Part shown: piece by piece, positions 39,506 through 51,404 of the stretch
Layout: each line of letters starts with the position of its first letter
Position numbering within the stretch: position 1 is the first letter of the stretch
Source of the DNA: an uncultured Gemmatimonadales bacterium
GTDB taxonomy: Bacteria > Gemmatimonadota > Gemmatimonadetes > Longimicrobiales > Gaopeijiaceae
Length of the DNA: 64,000 nucleotides
Direction: 5' to 3'
Assembly (NCBI GenBank): GCA_963823035.1
Contig: CAWGKG010000004.1
Location: 32,001-96,000 of the forward strand
Translations under genes and position numbers: made by a program
Notes under the pieces: model-generated
Seen by the model: only the letters and a program-made list of their open reading frames with translations
Told to the model about the DNA's origin: nothing
Databases searched by the model: none

Positions 39506-41870
39506 GCACCGGGGCGCACGTCGTCGTCATCAACGACGACCCGGTACAGCTTCGCCAGATCACGGCCCTTCTGGGTGCCGCCGATCACGAGGCGACGGGC
39601 TTCCTCGACGCCTCGGACGCGCTCGCGAAGCTGTCCGGAGCGCTGGACGTCGACCTCTTCGTGGTCGACCTCCACATGCCGGGCATCGACGGTTGGAAGT
39701 TGTGCCGCCTCCTTCGGTCACCGGAGTTCGAGCGGTTCAACGGCACGCCCATCCTGGTGATCTCGGCCACCTTCACGGGTGACGACGTCGCGTCCATCAC
39801 GCGCGAGCTCGGCGCCAACGCCTTCCTCGAGGTGCCTTTCGAAGGCCCCACGCTGATCGCCTACGTCGAGTCCCTGCTCCTGGGCGAGATCCCCAGCGAG
39901 CCGTCGTGGACCCTGATCGTCGAGGACGACGACGCGGTACGCAGAACGCTGGGCCGGGCCTTCAAGGCGCACGGCTACCGTGTCGAGGAGGCCGCGACGC
40001 TCGCGGAGGCCCGCCGGAAGCGCGCCGAGCGCCAGTTCGACCTGGTGCTCCTGGACTACTACCTCCCCGACGGGCCGAGCGAGGGTGCCCTCGAGGACCT
40101 GAGCGGGCCGACGCACAGCACCACGACGCTGGTCATGACCGGCGACACCGACCCGATGCTGCCCGTGCGGCTCATGGGGATGGGTGCCGACGGATACCTG
40201 CGCAAGCCGTTCGACCCGGCGTTCGCGGTCGAGCTGGCACGCAAGGCGCGCCGCCAGCGGTCGCTCCTGCGTATCGAGACGATCCTGGAGGCCCGCACGC
40301 GCGAGCTGCGCGCATCCGAGGGCCGCTACCGCACGCTGTTCGAGACCATCCCCGACGTCGTCATCGTCCTGGACGAGCACGAACGGGTGGCCGAGATCAA
40401 TCCGGACGGTCTGAGGTTGGTGCGGTGTGAAGCCGACGAGGTGCTCGGACGCCGCCTGGTGGAGTTCGCCGATCCGCCAGGTGTGAAGGCGCTGTCGCGC
40501 TGGCTGGACGCCGTCGAGGTGGGCGGGGTCTCGAGCCTGGAGACCGACCTCGTCGAGAAGTCGGGAACGGCTTTCCCCGTGGAGCTGACCGGGCGCAGGA
40601 TCGAGTACCATGGAGCGCCGGCCATCCTGGTGGTGGGTCGTGACCTGACCGAGCGCCGGCGCAACGAGGAGGAGCAGCGCACGCTCGAGCGGCAGATGCA
40701 GCACGCGCAGCGTCTCGAGAGCCTGGGCGTGCTGGCGGGCGGCGTCGCCCACGACTTCAACAACCTCCTGGTGGGGATCCTCGGCAACGCCAGCCTCGCA
40801 CTGATGGACCTGTCGGGTGATTCCCCCCTGCGCGAGGCCATCGACCAGATCGAGCTCGCGGCCCGACGTGCCGCGGAGCTGACGCAGCAGATCCTCGCCT
40901 TCGCGGGGAAGGGACGGACCGAAACGCAGGAGATGGACCTCTCCGGCCTCGTCCGCGAGATGGGGCAGCTGGTGGAGCCGGCGGTGTCGAAGAAGGCGCG
41001 CGTGACCTACGAGCTTCCGGACAGCCTCCCCGCGGTGAAGGGGGATCCGGGGCAGATCCGACAGGTCGCGATGAACCTGATCATCAACGCCTCCGACTCG
41101 TTGAGCGGGAACGCCGGGACCATCTCGGTGCGCACCTCCATGCAGGAGGTGCCGCCGACCGGTGGGCCCGAGATCGTGGGCGGTGGACGCCTGGAGCCCG
41201 GACGATACGTCGCCCTGCGCGTGAAGGACGACGGCTGTGGCATGGACGCGAATACCCAGGCGCGGATCTTCGAGCCGTTCTTCACCACCAAGTTCACGGG
41301 ACGCGGGCTCGGCCTGGCCGCGACGCTGGGCATCGTCCGCTCGCACGGTGGCGGCATCGAGGTAGCGTCCGAGCTGGGCGAGGGCACGACCATCACCGTG
41401 CTCCTGCCGCCGTCGGAGAGCGTCGTTCCCGACGCGGACGGCGGCGAACGACCGCGAGGCCCGACGTGGACCGGCGGGGGTACGGTTCTGGTCGTGGACG
41501 ACGAGCCCTCGGTCCGGAAGCTGGCGCGCGCGGCGCTGTCGCGGAACAGCTTCGCCGTCGTCGAGGCGCGCAACGGGGCGGAGGGCGTCGTGATGGCGCT
41601 CGATCCGGCGGGTGAGGTCGACCTCGTGATCCTCGACCTTACGATGCCCGAGATGGACGGCAGGGAGGCGCTCGCGGTGATCCGTGAACGTCGTCCGGAC
41701 CTGCCGGTGCTCCTCTCCAGCGGATATCCTCAGGAGGAGATCGTCCTGGAGCGGACGCCTGGCGAGCCGACCGAGTTCCTCAAGAAGCCCTACGGACCCT
41801 CGGAACTGCTGGACGCCGTGTCGGCGCTGTTGGCGGCGAGGGCGGCCGCGAGGACCTCCAAACGCCGCGT
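39502..41870 (+). CDS. Hybrid histidine kinase REC-REC-PAS-HisKA-HATPase-REC; 3' end approximate (reads through into the next gene)
   Basis: GGVAHDFNNLL, NLIINASD, DDGCGM, FEPFFTTK, GRGLGL; three receiver domains. Confidence 0.9.
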
Positions 41871-41973
41871 GGTGGGTGCCGGTGTGTGGCCGGAGGAGCG
41901 AAACCGAGCCACTTCGGGGGTGACGTTGTATCTTGATCGGGTGACGACCTTGAGGACTCCAGGCCCCGGGAAC

Positions 41974-42507
41974 ATGCGCAAGCTCACCTATCTCGTTCGC
42001 GCCAGCGTCGATGGCATGATCGCCGGACCCGACGGAGAGCTCGACTGGCTCTTCGCCAGCAAGGAGCGCGAGTTGGCCGAGTTCTTCAGGGAGACGGACG
42101 CCGTCCTCCTCGGAACCGCGACGTACGACTACATGCTCGCGCAGGGGATGGAAGCCTACCCGGGGATGACGAACTACGTCTTCTCGCGCACGCTCCGACC
42201 CGAGGATCATCCCGCGGTCACGATCGTCCCCACGGATCCGCTGCCCTTCGTGACCGGCCTGAAGCAGCACGAGGGCGGGGGGATCTGGCTGCTGGGTGGG
42301 GGCGTGGTGTTTCGTTACCTCCTGGCCGCCGGAGTGGTCGACGAGATCGTGGTCCTCCTCCACCCGCTCCTCCTGGGAGGCGGGGTGCCGCTCCTTCCGC
42401 GCTGCGACACGGTCACGCCCCTCGAGCTGCTGGAGACGACGCCGCTCGCCAGCGGCCTGGTACGCCTGCGGTACGTCGTCGGCGAACCGCGCATGCGCGA
42501 GAGCTGA
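41974..42507 (+). CDS. Dihydrofolate reductase-like (RibD C-terminal) protein
   Basis: ASVDGMIAGPDGELDWL, IWLLGGG, VDEIVVLLHPLLLGGG. Confidence 0.85.
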   Translation: MRKLTYLVRASVDGMIAGPDGELDWLFASKERELAEFFRETDAVLLGTATYDYMLAQGMEAYPGMTNYVFSRTLRPEDHPAVTIVPTDPLPFVTGLKQHEGGGIWLLGGGVVFRYLLAAGVVDEIVVLLHPLLLGGGVPLLPRCDTVTPLELLETTPLASGLVRLRYVVGEPRMRES

Positions 42508-42648
42508 CGCTCCCCGCGCTTGTTCGCCGTGTGAGCTGGTGGGCAGGTGGAACCGGAGGCGGCGGGGGATGTACAGCGCAGGGTGCCGTGCCGGATCGCC
42601 CGTGTGCGGAAGCCGAGCACGCGTGAACACCCGCTCCCGGAGGCCGCC

Positions 42649-43491
42649 ATGGCAGGCCCAGCCGACAACCGCGACGGACGAAGCGGACCCCTCTTCTCGT
42701 CGCGCCGCATCGAGAGATCGCGCGAGCAGCGTCGGCGTGCCCTCCTGGCCGTCCTCGGCGTCGTAGCGATCGCGGCACTGGGCCTGGGGGGCTGGTGGAT
42801 GTGGCGACGATCGCACCGCGCGCCGGCGCCGATGCTGGTGCCCGCGTCGTCGAACCCCGCCCCCGGCGCCCCCGCGGCGCCGGCCGCCGAGGTTGCCATC
42901 GATCTCCCGGAGCTGGACGCGAGCGACGAGGTCGTGCGCAGGTCGGTGGCGGAGCTGTCGTCGCGGCCGGAGTGGGCCGCCTGGCTGGTCACGGACGACA
43001 TGGTGCGCCACTTCGTGGTGTCGGTGGTCGCGGTCGCGGAGGGACGCAGCCCCGAGTCGCAGCTACGCTTCCTCGTGCCCAAGGGGCCATTCTCGACGCA
43101 GGCGTCGGGTGAGCGCACGGTCGTCGACCCCGGGAGCTTCCGCCGCTACGACGTGGCCACGGCGACGTTCGCCTCCCTGGACACGGAAGGGGTGGCGCGC
43201 CTCTACCGGCAAATGCACCCGCTCATCGAGGAGGCCTACCGCGAGCTCGGCCTGCCCGACCGCACCTTCGACGAGACGCTGTCCGTGGCGGTCGGGAACC
43301 TCCTGCGCGCCAGGGTTCCCGATACCCCGCTCGAGGTCGCGCCCGAAGGGGGCGTGTACGTCTTCAGCGCCCCCGACGTCGAGGCCTTGAGCCCCGCCGA
43401 GAAGCACCTCCTGCGCATGGGCCCCGAGAACGCGCGCCGCTTCCAGACCAAGCTGCGGGAGATCGCCGGGGCGCTGGGCGTGATGCCCTGA
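42649..43491 (+). CDS. DUF3014-like membrane-anchored protein
   Basis: TM then LPELDASDE..YRQMHPLIEEAYRELG..LSPAEKHLLRMGPEN. Confidence 0.8.
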   Translation: MAGPADNRDGRSGPLFSSRRIERSREQRRRALLAVLGVVAIAALGLGGWWMWRRSHRAPAPMLVPASSNPAPGAPAAPAAEVAIDLPELDASDEVVRRSVAELSSRPEWAAWLVTDDMVRHFVVSVVAVAEGRSPESQLRFLVPKGPFSTQASGERTVVDPGSFRRYDVATATFASLDTEGVARLYRQMHPLIEEAYRELGLPDRTFDETLSVAVGNLLRARVPDTPLEVAPEGGVYVFSAPDVEALSPAEKHLLRMGPENARRFQTKLREIAGALGVMP

Positions 43492-43497
43492 CGACGT

Positions 43498-43530
43498 CCC
43501 GGAGGGCCGGCGTTCGGCCGGCCCTCCGGG
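43498..43530. terminator. GC-rich hairpin between convergent genes
   Basis: CCCGGAGGGCCGGC-GTTCG-GCCGGCCCTCCGGG. Confidence 0.7.
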
Positions 43531-43533
43531 CCC

Positions 43534-46493
43534 TCAGTCGCTCCCGAGGATCCCCTTCACCTCCGCCTCGGCTTCGTCCAGCTCCCGGCGCAGCACCTGA
43601 TACCGCTCGAGGGCATCGTGGCCGACCTTCTGGTCGGCGCGCGTGGTCATGCTGCGCAGGTAGGTGATGTGGTTGCGAGCCCCGGCTTGCTGTAGCGGAT
43701 CGGGTCCGTCATGAGCTTCTCGGCGACCGGGGCGAGGCGCCGCTTCGTGTCGGCGTTGCCGTCGGACATGGCCGTCCGGACGCGGCCGACGAGCGCCTGC
43801 ACCTCCTCCACCATGGCGTCCATCCGCTTGTTGTGCTGGTAGAGCTCCGCGAGGTCGGCCACCGTCACGCCGCCCTCCGCCACGCGCGGATCGATGAGCA
43901 CCTGGAACGGCTGCGTCTGCGTGGCGCCGCCCACGGTGAGCCGGGCCTGGTAGCGGCCTGGCGGGACCGCGACGCCGTCGGCGTCCCTCACGTCCCACAC
44001 CATCCGGTTGAAGCCGGTGTTCGTGGTCACGGTGGGCGGGGGCGGCCCGCGGCGGCCGAAGCCAGCGAAGCGACCACTGGGCGCTGCCGGCCTGCGTGCG
44101 CTGCTGTAGGAGCTGACCGTGTTCCCCGAGCCGTCGAGGATATCGACGGTCACCGCGCCCGACGGCGGGCCGGGGAGGTAGTAGTCGATCATCGGGCCGA
44201 GCAGCTCGGGCGCCGTGGCCGTCCGGTAGCCGTCACGCGGCGCATACAGGTGCACGTCGGCCACGCGGGTCTGCGGGGTGATCTGATGCAGCGACGTGAT
44301 ATCGTCGAGCATCCAGATCGAGCGGCCCTGCGTCGCGACGATCAGGTCCTTCCCGTGCACCTGGATGTCGTTGATCGGCACGTTCGCGAGGTTGAGCCTG
44401 AAGGGCTGCCAATGGCCGCCGTTGTCGAACGACACGTACATCCCGAATTCCGTGCCGGCGTAGAGGAGTCCCTCGCGGTCGGGGTCCTCGCGCACCACGC
44501 GCGTCGGCGTGTCCTCCGGGATGCCGTTCGTGCCGTCGGTCAGGCGCTTCCACGTCTTGCCGTAGTCGTCGGTCCGGTAGATGTACGGGGCGTAGTCGCC
44601 CAGCAGGTAACGGTACACCGCGTAGTACGCCGAGCCGGGGCGGTGCGGCGACGGGTCGATGAAGGCGACGCGGCCGCCCTCCGGGAGGTCCTTCGGCGTG
44701 ATGTCCGTCCACGTCTTCCCGTCGTCGCGGGTGATGTGGAAGGGGCCGTCGTTCGAGCCCACCCAGATGACGCCGGCCTGGTGGGGCGACTCCGAGATCG
44801 CGTACAGCGTGCTGTAGAACTCCTCGCCGGTGACGTCACGCGTGATGGGCTCGCCGCTCACGCCCTGGCAGCAGTCCGGGTGGGCGGTGAGATCCGGAGA
44901 GATCGTCTCCCACGTCACGCCCATGTCCCGCGTGCGATGCAGCTTCTGCGAGCCGTAGTAGAGGACGTTCGGGTCGTGCGGCGACGGCTCCATCGGCGAC
45001 ACGCGCTGGAAGCGCAGGATCAGGTCGCTGGCCGGGTTGCCGTAGAGCGACTGGCCGCCCACCCAGTACTGCTTCGCCTGCCCCGTGCGCAGGTCGAGGA
45101 CCTCGAACTGCCCCTTGCAGGAGCCGTAGACGATGTTCTCGTTCGCGGGATGGGGCACGACCGGCCCCGTCTCACAGCCCGGCCCCGGCCACCAGTCGAC
45201 GTTCATCTCCCCGCCCTCGGCGACGCTGGAGATGATGTGCGTGCCGTCGTCCTGCTGGGCGCCGTAGAGGCGGAAGGGGAAGCGGTGGTCGATGTGGATG
45301 CCGTAGATCTCTGCGGTCGGCTGGTTGTACTGCGTGGACCAGGTGCGGCCGCCGTCGAACGAGACGTTCGCGCCGCCGTCGTTCGACTGGATCATCGTGT
45401 TGCAGTCGTTCGGGTTGATCCAGATGTCGTGGTTGTCCCCGTGCGGTACCTGCATCCGGGTCAGCGTCTTGCCCGCGTCCGTGGACTTGTAGAAGGTCTC
45501 GGCGCCCCCGTAGATCACGTCCGCGTTGGAAGGGTCCGCGCTGAGCGTCGTGTAGTAGAAGGGCCGCTGGATCATCCCCGGCTCGTCGTTGACCATCGTC
45601 CAGCTGGCGCCGGCGTCCTCGGAGCGGTAGAGCCCGCCGCCCGGCTTGGCCTCGATCAGGGCGTAGATGCGGGTCGGGTTCGCCGCCGTGACCGCGAGGT
45701 TGCCCTTGCCGATGAGGTCCCCGGGCAGGCCGCTACCGACCTTCCGGAAGTGCTCGCCCCCGTCCGTGCTCTTGAAGAAGCCGCCCTCGTGGGAGCCGCT
45801 GATGATCGTCCAGGGCTTGCGCTCGAGGCGGCTCATCCAGGCGTAGACCACGCTCGGGTCGTCGGGCTTGAGCTCCACGTCCATGGCGCCCGAGCTGTCC
45901 GACACGAAGAGCGTCTTGTGCCAGCTCTTCCCCCCGTCGGTCGTCTTGTAGATCCCCCGGTCGGGCGTGGGCTTGAAGGCGTCGCCGACCGCAGCCACCC
46001 AAACGGTGTTGGGGTCGGTCGGGTGGATCTTCACCTTCCCGATCTGCCCGACGTCGCGCAGCCCCGCGAACGTCCACGTCTTCCCGCCGTCCGTGGTCTT
46101 GTAGACGCCCCGGCCCGTCGACACGTTGCTGCGCACGCCGTCGGACCCGGTGCCGTACCAGATGACGTTCGGATCGGAGTCGGCGACCGCGATCGAGCCG
46201 CTCGAGCCGAGCGGCACCTTGCCGTCCGTGAGCGGCTCCCAGCTCGTTCCCCCATCGGTGGTGCGGAACAGCCCGCCGGACGCGACGCCCATGTAGAAGG
46301 TGCGGGGCTGCGAGGGCACGCCCGCGACCGTGGTCACGCGGCCGCCCTGGAGAGGCCCGACGAGGCGGTAGGCCATCCCCTGGAAGAAGGAGGGGTTCAC
46401 CTCGGACATCTGGGGAGCGCTCTGGGCGACTCCGGAAGCCGGTGCGGCCAGCAGCAGCGCGGCGGCGAGGGCGGTCGACAGGTTCCTGCTCAT
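43534..46493 (-). CDS. Secreted Vps10/sortilin-like BNR-repeat beta-propeller (glycosyl hydrolase-like); frameshift near 43680
   Basis: Signal peptide; repeated T/S-x-D-G-G-x-T/S-W BNR motifs; HGDNHDIWINP. Confidence 0.88.
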
Positions 46494-46649
46494 GGGGTTC
46501 TGCTCCGAACGATGCGTGCCTGTGCGTGGTTCGCCGCGGCGCGCCCGTGCCCCGCAAGGGGCGAGCGGGTCGACGCGGTTACGGCTCAACCTGACCGAGG
46601 GTGTCGCGACCGGCAAGGAGGCCGGGGCGGGACTCCGGGCTCCCCGCGA

Positions 46650-47972
46650 TCAGGGCTCCGCAGGAGCATCGAGGAGCGTCGGGGGCCGGGCCACCGCCTG
46701 GTCCACGGCGTCGCGGATCGCGTCCCACGCGTCGAGCCCGCACCAGAAGACGGTCCACACGCCGTTCTTCCGCGCGCCGTCCGCGTTGGCGAAGTAGAAG
46801 TCGTTGATGGCGTTGCCGCGTCGCGACCGCCAGAAGAGGGCGGGGTTCTCGCCGCGCATGGCGTCCCACATGGCCCGTCCGAGCCCCTCGCCCTGCGCCT
46901 CCTCGCTCACCGCCAGCTTGTCCATGTACACCGCGTCCCCCGCACGCAGGAGGACGATGGTCGCCCGGTAGTGCTCGCTGACGTAGACGCGCTCGGGCGT
47001 GGTGGCCTCGAAGTAGTCCGGGGTGAGCTTCCTGCCGAAGCTCGACTCGATGAGCGCGCGCAGCCGGTCGAGGTCGATGCCGTCCCACCCCGTGAAGGCG
47101 TGGATGGCCTCCCCGCGGCGCACCAGCGTGCCGGACCCACGGTGCGTGAACAGCTCCTTGGCCATCTCGTCCGGGGTGGTGATCGAGAGGGAGGTGGAGG
47201 GCGGCAGGTCCATGAGGAGGTCGTGGATCTGCTCGAGCTTGACGCGCATCCCCGAATGCAGCCACGGCTGGGTCATGAGGTGCTCGTACTGCGTGCTCAA
47301 GGAGATCGACTCGATGAGCTTGCCGCGCTCGTCCAGGATGCCGCCGGTACCGGTGAGGAAGATGATCTTGTAGGGCTGGAGCCGCTTCACGAGCTCGTTG
47401 GCCGCCCAGTCGGCGTTGACGTTCAGGATCTGCCCCCCGGCCGTTTCGCCCAGAGAGGCGATCACCGGGATCGAGTCCGCGCCGATCGCCGCCTCGAGCC
47501 CGGCGATCTCGACGCGCACCACGCGGCCCACCAGGCCGTACTTCTCCGCGTCGAGCATCTCCGACTCGAACACGCCCGACTGGATCGAGGTGGCGCGAAC
47601 GCCCACCTCCTGCAGCGCCTCCACCAGGCGCAGGTTCTCGCGCTGGCCCACGCGCCGGACCACCGCCAGCCCCTCCGGCGTGGTGTGGCGGAGCCCGTCG
47701 ACGATCCGCTTCTCGATGCCGGCGGCGGACATCTCCTGGTCCAGCTGCGGACCGGCGCCGTGGATCACGATGGGCGTCAGCCCCACCTGCTGCAGGAAGG
47801 CCAGGGACGACACCAGGGCGTCCAACTCGTCACGCAGCACCGCGCCGCCGACCTTGACCACGGCGAACCGGTCGGCGTCGAGCTGCGAGAACTTCTTGAG
47901 GTAGATCTGGATCTCCCGGGCGCTGGCCATCGAGGACAGGAGCCGGATGATCGTCGGGCGCACGTTCGGCAT
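46650..47972 (-). CDS. argB: Acetylglutamate kinase with C-terminal NAT (DUF619) domain
   Basis: [32 protein letters not shown]-terminal MDKLAV..QGEGLG..FWRSR. Confidence 0.9.
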   Translation of the reverse strand: MPNVRPTIIRLLSSMASAREIQIYLKKFSQLDADRFAVVKVGGAVLRDELDALVSSLAFLQQVGLTPIVIHGAGPQLDQEMSAAGIEKRIVDGLRHTTPEGLAVVRRVGQRENLRLVEALQEVGVRATSIQSGVFESEMLDAEKYGLVGRVVRVEIAGLEAAIGADSIPVIASLGETAGGQILNVNADWAANELVKRLQPYKIIFLTGTGGILDERGKLIESISLSTQYEHLMTQPWLHSGMRVKLEQIHDLLMDLPPSTSLSITTPDEMAKELFTHRGSGTLVRRGEAIHAFTGWDGIDLDRLRALIESSFGRKLTPDYFEATTPERVYVSEHYRATIVLLRAGDAVYMDKLAVSEEAQGEGLGRAMWDAMRGENPALFWRSRRGNAINDFYFANADGARKNGVWTVFWCGLDAWDAIRDAVDQAVARPPTLLDAPAEP

Positions 47973-48190
47973 TCGCGTGCTCACGGGGGGTGGATCGGGG
48001 ATCGATGCGTGACGAAGGCAGGAGATTAGGGCATGCCGGGCCGCCATGACAGCGGTGGCCGGTGGGCGGGCGGAGGCGAAGATCCGCCGGCGGCCGAGGC
48101 CGGATCGGAGCTTGTACGCGCGCCGGACCGGCATTAGGCTGACCGCTGCTTGCCAACCGCATGCGCCCGTTCGGCGCCCGGAGGGGATCG

Positions 48191-48718
48191 ATGGAGCGCA
48201 GCGTGGACCGCCCCGAGCTCGACCGCCTCTTCAGCTCCACCTACGAGGAGCTGAGGCGGCTGGCGGCCAGCGTGCGCCGCGACGAGCCGGGTGACACGCT
48301 CAACCCGACGGCGCTCGTCAACGAAGCCTACCTGAAGCTCGCCCGCTCGCTCCACGTCGAGCCGGAGTCGAGGCTGCACTTCAAGCGCATCGCCGCGCGG
48401 GCCATGCGGCAGGTGCTCGTGGAGGCGGCCCGGCGCCGCGCCGCGCAGAAGCGCGGCGGGGACGCCGTGCTGGTCACCCTCGACGGGTCGCGGGACCACG
48501 CGGTGGAGTGCTCCGGCGAGCTGCTCGCCCTGGATTCCGCGCTCGAGGACCTCGCCTCGCTGGAGCCCAGGCAGGCGCTCATGGTCGAGTGCCGCTTCTT
48601 CGGCGGGCTCGACCTCACCGAGACCGCCGACGTGCTCGGGGTGTCGGAGTCCACCGTCGTGCGCGACTGGCGGGCGGCGCGGGCCTGGCTGAGCCGAGAG
48701 CTCCGGCACGCGCCGTGA
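48191..48718 (+). CDS. ECF sigma factor of the kinase-associated type
   Basis: [48 protein letters not shown]. Confidence 0.9.
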   Translation: MERSVDRPELDRLFSSTYEELRRLAASVRRDEPGDTLNPTALVNEAYLKLARSLHVEPESRLHFKRIAARAMRQVLVEAARRRAAQKRGGDAVLVTLDGSRDHAVECSGELLALDSALEDLASLEPRQALMVECRFFGGLDLTETADVLGVSESTVVRDWRAARAWLSRELRHAP

Positions 48719-48731
48719 CCAGGATGGATCG

Positions 48732-51388
48732 GTGAGCCCGGACCGGGAGCGCTGGGCGCGCGTCCAGGATCTCTTCCACCGGGTGCTCGAGCTCCCGGAG
48801 GGAGAGCGACGAGGCTTCCTCGAGCGGGAGTGCGCTTACGCGCCCGACCTGGTCGACGAGGTGCTCGAGCTGGTCGAGGAGGACGTGCGCGCCGACTCGA
48901 TCCTCGACCGGGAGGTCGGCTCCCTGGCCGACGCCGTCCTGGACGGGTCGGTGCCGCCGATCCACGTGGTCGGGCCCTACCGGATCCGCCGCATCCTCGG
49001 CCGCGGCGGGATGGGCGTGGTCTACCTCGGGGAGCGCGAGGACCTCGGCGCGCAGGCCGCCATCAAGGTGTTGCGCGACGCTTCTCTCTCTCCGGTACGC
49101 CGGGAGCGCTTCGCGCGCGAGCAGCGCACGCTCGCGCACCTGACCCACCCGTCGATCGCGCGCCTGTACGACGCGGACGTGCTTCCGGACGGCACGCCCT
49201 ACTTCGTGATGGAGTACGTCGACGGCCTGCCACTCACCGAGTACTGCGCGCGGGAGGGTGCGCCCCTCGCGGACCGGCTGCGCCTCTTTCGCGCCGTGTG
49301 CGAGGCCGTCCAGGCTGCGCACGGGCAGGCGGTGGTGCACCGCGACCTGAAGCCGTCGAACATCGTGGTGGCCTCGGACGGGGAGCTCAAGCTCCTCGAC
49401 TTCGGCATCGCCAAGCACCTCGACGAGCTGGACGTCCCCGCCCAGCAGACCGAGACCGCGCTACGGCTCATGACGCCCGCCTACGCGGCGCCCGAGCAGA
49501 TCCTGGGCGAGCCGATCGGGACGTACACGGACATCTACGCGCTCGGCGTGATCCTGTACGAGCTTCTGGCCGGCCGGCTCCCCTTCGACCTGTCGCGGCG
49601 CACGCCCGGCCAGGCGGAGGCGATCATCCTCGGCGACGACCCGCAGCGGCCGTCGGAGGCCGTGCTGAAGGAGGAGGGGACGCTGACCGCCCTCGGCACG
49701 GTGGGTCGGTCGAAGTGGGCCGACCTGGACGTGATGTGCCTGACGGCGATGCACAGGGACCCGGCGCGCCGCTACCGGACCGTGGACGCTCTCGTGCGCG
49801 ACCTCGACCACTTCCTGCGCGGCGAGCCGCTGGAGGCGCGGCCGGACTCCATCGGCTACCGGGCGGGGAAGCTGCTGCGGCGTCGTTGGCGGCCCCTCTC
49901 CGCGGCCGGCCGTCGCGGTGGCCGCCATCGTCGGCGTGGCGGGCTTCTACACGGTGCGCCTGGCGCGTGCACGCGACGTGGCGGTGGCGGAGGCGGCCCG
50001 CGCCCAGCGCATCCAGCGCTTCACACTCAGCCTCTTCCAGGGAGGCGACGAGACCGCGGGTCCGGCGGACAGCCTGCACGTGCTCACCCTCCTCGATCGC
50101 GGCGTCGCGGAGGCCAGGGTTCTGGACGCCGAGCCAGACATCCAGGCCGAGCTCTACCAGACGCTCGGATCCATTTACCAGCAGCTGGGCAACCTCGACC
50201 GCGCGGATACGTTGCTGCAGGCCGCGCTGGCGCAGAACGAGCGTCTCGCGGGAGCGGACGGCGCGGCCGCCGCCAGGAGCCGGGTGGCGTTGGGGCTGCT
50301 GCGTCTGGACCAGGCCGACGTGGACGGCTCGGAAGCACTGGTGCGCCGCGGGCTCACGGCGCTGCGTACGGCCTATCCTCCGGGGCACCCCGCGGTGATC
50401 GACGCCGAGACGGCGCTCGGACGCATCCTCCAGGAGCGCGGCGAGTATGACGAGGCGGTCGCGGTGCTCGACAGCGCCGTGCAAGCGCTCGTGGGCCGCG
50501 GACCGAGCCCCGAGCTGTCCAACACCATGGGGCAGCTCGCGAACACCTTCTTCTACGCGGGGAACCTCACGGCGTCGGACTCGCTGAATCGCATCCTCCT
50601 GGACATGGATCGCGACCTGTTCGGCGAGCACCACCCCTCGGTGGGGGACGAGCTGATCAACCTGGGCGCGATCCAGTTCCAGTTCGGGAAGTACGAGGAG
50701 GCGGAGCGGCTCTATCGGGAGGCGCTCGACATCTTCGAGGCGTACTACGGGCCGAGCCATCCGGAGACGGCATCGAACCTGACCATGCTGGGCCGCGCGC
50801 TGGTCTACGAGGGGAAGATCGACGAGGCGAACGTGAGCCTCGAGCGTGCGCTGTCGATCCAGGAGCGGGTGTTCGGACCGGTCCACCCGGCCGTGGCGTC
50901 GACGCTGAACGACCTCGGGATCGTCGCCATGCAGACCGGAGACATGCGCGGCGCCGAGGGCGACTACCGGCGCATGCTCTCGATCTACGACTCCGTCTAC
51001 GGACGGAAGCACTACCTGTACGCGCTCGCCCAGGCGAACCTCGCGAGCGTCTACGCCGCCGAGGAGCGCTGGCCGGACGCCGAGGCCCTCTTCCGCAAGG
51101 CGGTGGCGCTCTTCGACGAGACGCTCCCCGCGGGGCACGGCCAGACCGCCGTCGCGCGCATCAAGCTCGGGCACGCGCTCACCAAGCTCGGGCGGTGGGC
51201 CGAGGCCCGAGAAGGACCTCACGGAGGGCTACAACACGCTCTCGACGCAGACCAGCCCCACGGTGAGCTGGCTGACGACGGCGCGGAAGGACCTCGCCAT
51301 CGTGTACGACGCGCTCGGAGAGCCGGACGAGGCCGCGCGCTACCGGGCGGAGGCGGCGGACACCGCCACGGCCGAGCCCGGCGGCTGA
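48732..51388 (+). CDS. Ser/Thr protein kinase with TM and TPR repeats (frameshifts near 49910 and 51210)
   Basis: GRGGMGVVY, HRDLKPSN, DFG, YAAPEQ; TPR-like repeats. Confidence 0.9.
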
Positions 51389-51404
51389 GGCCGACCGCCC
51401 GAGA

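Noticed and set aside
39502..42507. Hybrid kinase-DHFR fusion (1001 aa)
   Set aside because: The ~40 aa linker looks intergenic and DHFR has its own ATG at 41974; a lost stop is the likelier explanation, though this cannot be excluded without reads.
43833..48029. Long antisense ORFs (also 4166-6781, 9085-11292, 39718-43011, 52902-55307)
   Set aside because: Shadow ORFs opposite well-supported genes, as expected from high GC codon bias.
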